Made by a program: the position numbers and the translations under genes. The notes under the pieces are model-generated. The model was not told the DNA's origin and ran no database searches. It worked only from the letters and a program-made list of their open reading frames with translations. A stretch of DNA of 64,000 bases from the human T2T-CHM13v2.0 reference genome, Homo sapiens, in NCBI RefSeq assembly GCF_009914755.1, contig NC_060929.1; one strand, written 5' to 3'. Position 1 is the first letter of the stretch, and every line of letters starts with the position of its first letter. Shown one piece after another: positions 60,433-64,000 of the stretch.

Positions 60433-62841
60433 GGCCAGGATCATCCTGATACCAAAACCTGGCAGAGACACAACAAAAAAAAGGAAACTTCAGGCCAATA
60501 TCCCTGATGAACATCAATGTGAAAATCCTCAATAAAATACTGGCAAACCGAATCCAGCAGTACATCAAACAACTTATCCACCACTATCAATTTGGCTTCA
60601 TTCCCAAGATGCAAGGCTGGTTCAGCATATGCAAATCAATAAATGTAATCCATCACATAAACAGAACCAATGACAAAAACCGCTTCATTATCTCAATAGA
60701 TACTGAAAAGGCCTTTGATAAATTCAATATCCCTTCATGATAAAAACTCACAATAAACTAGGTATTGATGGAACATATCTGAAAATAATGAGATCTATTT
60801 ATGACAAAGCCACAGCCAATATAATCCTGAATGAGCAAAAGCTGGAAGCATTCCCTTTGAAAACTGGCACAAGATGAGGATCCCCCTCTCACCACTCCTA
60901 TTCAACACAGTATTGGAAGTTCTGGCCAGGGCAATCAGACAAGTGAAAGAAATAATGGGTATTGAAAAAGGAAAAGAGGAAATCAAATTATCTTTGTTTG
61001 TAGAAGACATGATTCTATATTTAGAAAACCCAATAATTTCAGCCCAAAGACTCCTTAAGCAGATAAGCAACTTCAGCAGTCTCAGGATACAAAATTAATG
61101 TGCAAAAATCACAAACATCCCTATACACCAACAATAGACAAGCAGAGAGCCAAATCATGAGTGAACACCCATTCACAATTGTTACAAAGAGAATAAAATA
61201 TCTAGGCATACAGCTAACAAGGGACATGTAGGACCTTTTCAAGGAGAACTAAAATCTACTGCTCAAGACTATAAGAGAGGATACAAACAAATGGAAAAAC
61301 ATTTCACCCTCATGGATAGAAAGAATCAATATCATGAAAATGGCCATACTGCCCAAAGTAGTTTATAGATTCAATGCTATTCCCATCAAACTACCATTGA
61401 TATTCTTCATGAAATTAGATAAAACTATTTTAAAATTCATATGGAACCAAAAACGACCTTGTATAGCCAAGACAATCCTAAGCAAAAGGAGGAAAGATGG
61501 ATGCATCATGCTACCAGACTTCAAACTATACCACAAGGCTACAGTAACAAAAACAGCATGGTACTGGTACCAAAACAGACACATAGACAATGGAACAGAA
61601 CAGAGAACTCAGAAATAAGACCATACATCTACAACCATCTCATCTTCAACAAACATGACAAAAACAGGCAATGGGGAAAGGATTCCATATTTAATAAATG
61701 GTGCTGGAAAAACTGGCTAGCCATATGTAGAAAGCTGAAACTAGATCCCTTCCTTACACCGTATACAAAAATTACTCAAGATGGATTAGAGACTTAAACA
61801 TCAGACCTAAAACCATAAAAAACCCTAGAAGAAAACCTAGGCAATACCATTCAGGACACAGGCATAGGCAAAGACTTCATGACTGAAACACCAAAAGCAA
61901 TTGCAACAAAAGCTAAAATTGACAAATGGGATTTAATTAAACTCAAGAGCTTCTGCACAGCAAAAGAAACTATCATCAAAGTGAAAATGCAACCTAGAGA
62001 GTGAGAGAAAATTTTTGGAATCTACCCATCTGACAAAGGCCTAATATCCAGAATTTACAAGGAACTTAAACAAATTTACAAGAAAAAAAAAATCAAAAAG
62101 TGGGCAATGGATATGAACAGACACTTCGCAAAAGAAGACATATATGCAGCCAACAAACATTAAAAAAAAGCTCAACATCACTGATCATTAGAGAAATGCA
62201 AATAAAAACCACGATGAGATACCACCTCATGCCAATCAGAATGGTGATTATTAAAAAGTTATGAAACAAGAGATGCTGGCAAGGCTGAGGAGAAATAGGA
62301 ATGCTTTTATACTGTTGGTTGGGATGTAAATTAGTTCAACCATTGCAGAAGATCATGTGGAGATTCTTAAAGGATCTAAAACCAGAAATACCATTTGACC
62401 CAGCAATCCCATTACTGGGTGTATACCCAAATGAACATATATCATTCCATTATAAAGATACATGCACACATATGTTTATTGCAGAACTATTCACATTATC
62501 AAAGACATGGAACCAACCCAAATGGCCATAAATGATGGACTGGATAAAGAAAATGTGGTACATATACACCATGGAATACTACGCAGCCATACAAAGGAAT
62601 GAGATCATGTCCTTTGCAGGTATATGGATGAAGCTGGAAACCATCATCCTCAGCAAACTAACACAGGAACAGAAAACCAAACACCGCATTTTCTCACTCA
62701 TAACTGGGAGCTGAACAATGAGAACACATGAACACAGGGAGGGAAACAACACACACACTGGTGCCTGTCAGTGGCAGGGTTGGGGGGCAAGGGGTGGGAG
62801 AGCATCAAGATAAATAGCTAATGCATGAGGAGCTTAAAACT

Positions 62842-63128
62842 GGATGGGTGTGGTGGTTCACACCTGTAATCCTAGCACTTTGGAAGGCTGAGGCAGGAGG
62901 ATCACAAGGTCAGGAGTTTGAGACCAACCTGGCCAACACAGTGAAACCCCGTCTCTACTAAAAATAAAAAAAATTAAAAAATAGCTGGGTGTGGAAGCAA
63001 ATGTCTATAATCCCAGCTACTCAGGAGGCTGAGGCATAAAAATTGTTTGAACCTGGGAGGAAGAGGTTGCAGTGAGCCCAGATTGCAGCACTGTACTACA
63101 GCCTGGGTGACAGAGCGAGACTCCATCG
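62842..63128 (+). mobile_element. AluS (Sg-like) inserted in the L1 3' UTR
   Basis: Alu after 'cttaaaact'; L1 resumes 'aacctcaggtgatggg' at ~63504. Confidence 0.92.
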
Positions 63129-63170
63129 AAAGAGGAAAGAAGGAAAGAAGGAAAGAAAGAAAAGAAAGAA

Positions 63171-63213
<43 letters not shown>

Positions 63214-63369
63214 CAAGAAAGCAAGCAAGCAAGAAGGAAGGAAGGAAGGAAGGAAGGAGGAGAAAGAAAGGAAAGAAAGAAGGAAGGAAGGAAAGAAAGA
63301 AAGAAAAGAAAGAAAGAAGGAAGGAAGGAAGGAAAGAAAAAGGAAGAAAGAAAGAGAAAGAAAGAAGGA

Positions 63370-63444
<75 letters not shown>

Positions 63445-63503
63445 GAAGGAAGGAAGGAAGAAAAAAGAAAGAGAGAGAGAGAGAAAGAAAGAAAGAGAGA
63501 GAG
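63128..63503. repeat. Compound (GAAA)n/(GGAA)n/(GA)n purine tract (expanded Alu tail)
   Basis: Direct reading; almost purely A/G apart from four C in a gcaa block. Confidence 0.97.
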
Positions 63504-64000
63504 AACCTCAGGTGATGGGTCGATGGGTGCAGCAAACCACCATGGCACATTTATACCTATGAAACAAACCTGCACATTCTGCACATGTATCTCATAACTT
63601 AAAGTAAAAAAACAACAAACAAACAAAAGATTTCCAAATGCAGGTAAAGCCCAAAGCTGCAGCAGCCATTTTGGTGTCATGAGGGTAACAAGCCTAAAAG
63701 GGAATGCCAGCGTGCCAAATATGGTGAGCACGATGTTACATAGAAACTCTGTCTTGCATTATGTTGGTGAGGTGCTGAAATAACCAAACTAGGGGCAAAA
63801 AATGTATTTTATTGTTAACTTTCATGCAATGTTGCTGCTGAAAAATCTGTTATGCATTTGTATAATACAAATTTTTTTAAAAATTAGAACATTTTCTTTG
63901 TAATAAATAATAAAATGATTAAATTTCTTGTTGATAACTATTTTAAAATAAATAAATAAATACAATTTGAATTTGACCTGCAGGGCTTGATCTCAACTGA

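Larger units (their letters stand above)
60433..63628 (+). mobile_element. 5'-truncated L1PA (about PA8-PA11), ORF2 RT region to polyA, fused to U6
   Basis: Starts ggccaggatcatcctgatacc; ORF2 fragments [44 protein letters not shown]; 3' UTR ends ~63605. Confidence 0.95.

Noticed and set aside
62776-62800. G-quadruplex motif
   Set aside because: Standard G-rich tract of the L1 3' UTR.
62974-63731. Long ORFs (171-211 aa; K/E/R-rich or F/L/S-rich)
   Set aside because: Translations of the GAAA/TTTC repeat, which contains no stop codons.

Overview
Primate (human-like; AluY present) AT-rich genomic DNA that is intergenic or deep-intronic. I find no supportable protein-coding exon, CpG island or CRISPR array. 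The ORF track appears to be made of Alu, L1, LTR and simple-repeat artefacts or short chance ORFs. Roughly half the window is transposon-derived. Main elements: (1) a near full-length, dead L1PA13-16-type element (~21.05-30.8 kb) carrying a complete THE1A provirus, which in turn carries an AluY and a ~226-bp locally templated copy of the host L1; (2) a U6 snRNA/L1 chimeric retrocopy (60327-~63628), with an Alu and a ~375-bp purine tract in its 3' UTR; (3) ERVL/LTR16 remnants; (4) three LTR8-family solo LTRs; (5) a dense ERV1 solo-LTR cluster (MER93, MER50, MER34, MER41A, MER57); (6) about a dozen Alus, including a trimeric Alu, a 5'-truncated Alu and nested pairs; (7) MER1B and MER58A DNA transposons. 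I found no convincing new biological system. The most notable signals are fossil records of RNA ligation/template switching and of DNA-repair templated insertions. Subfamily names come from recalled consensus sequences and need RepeatMasker/Dfam confirmation.
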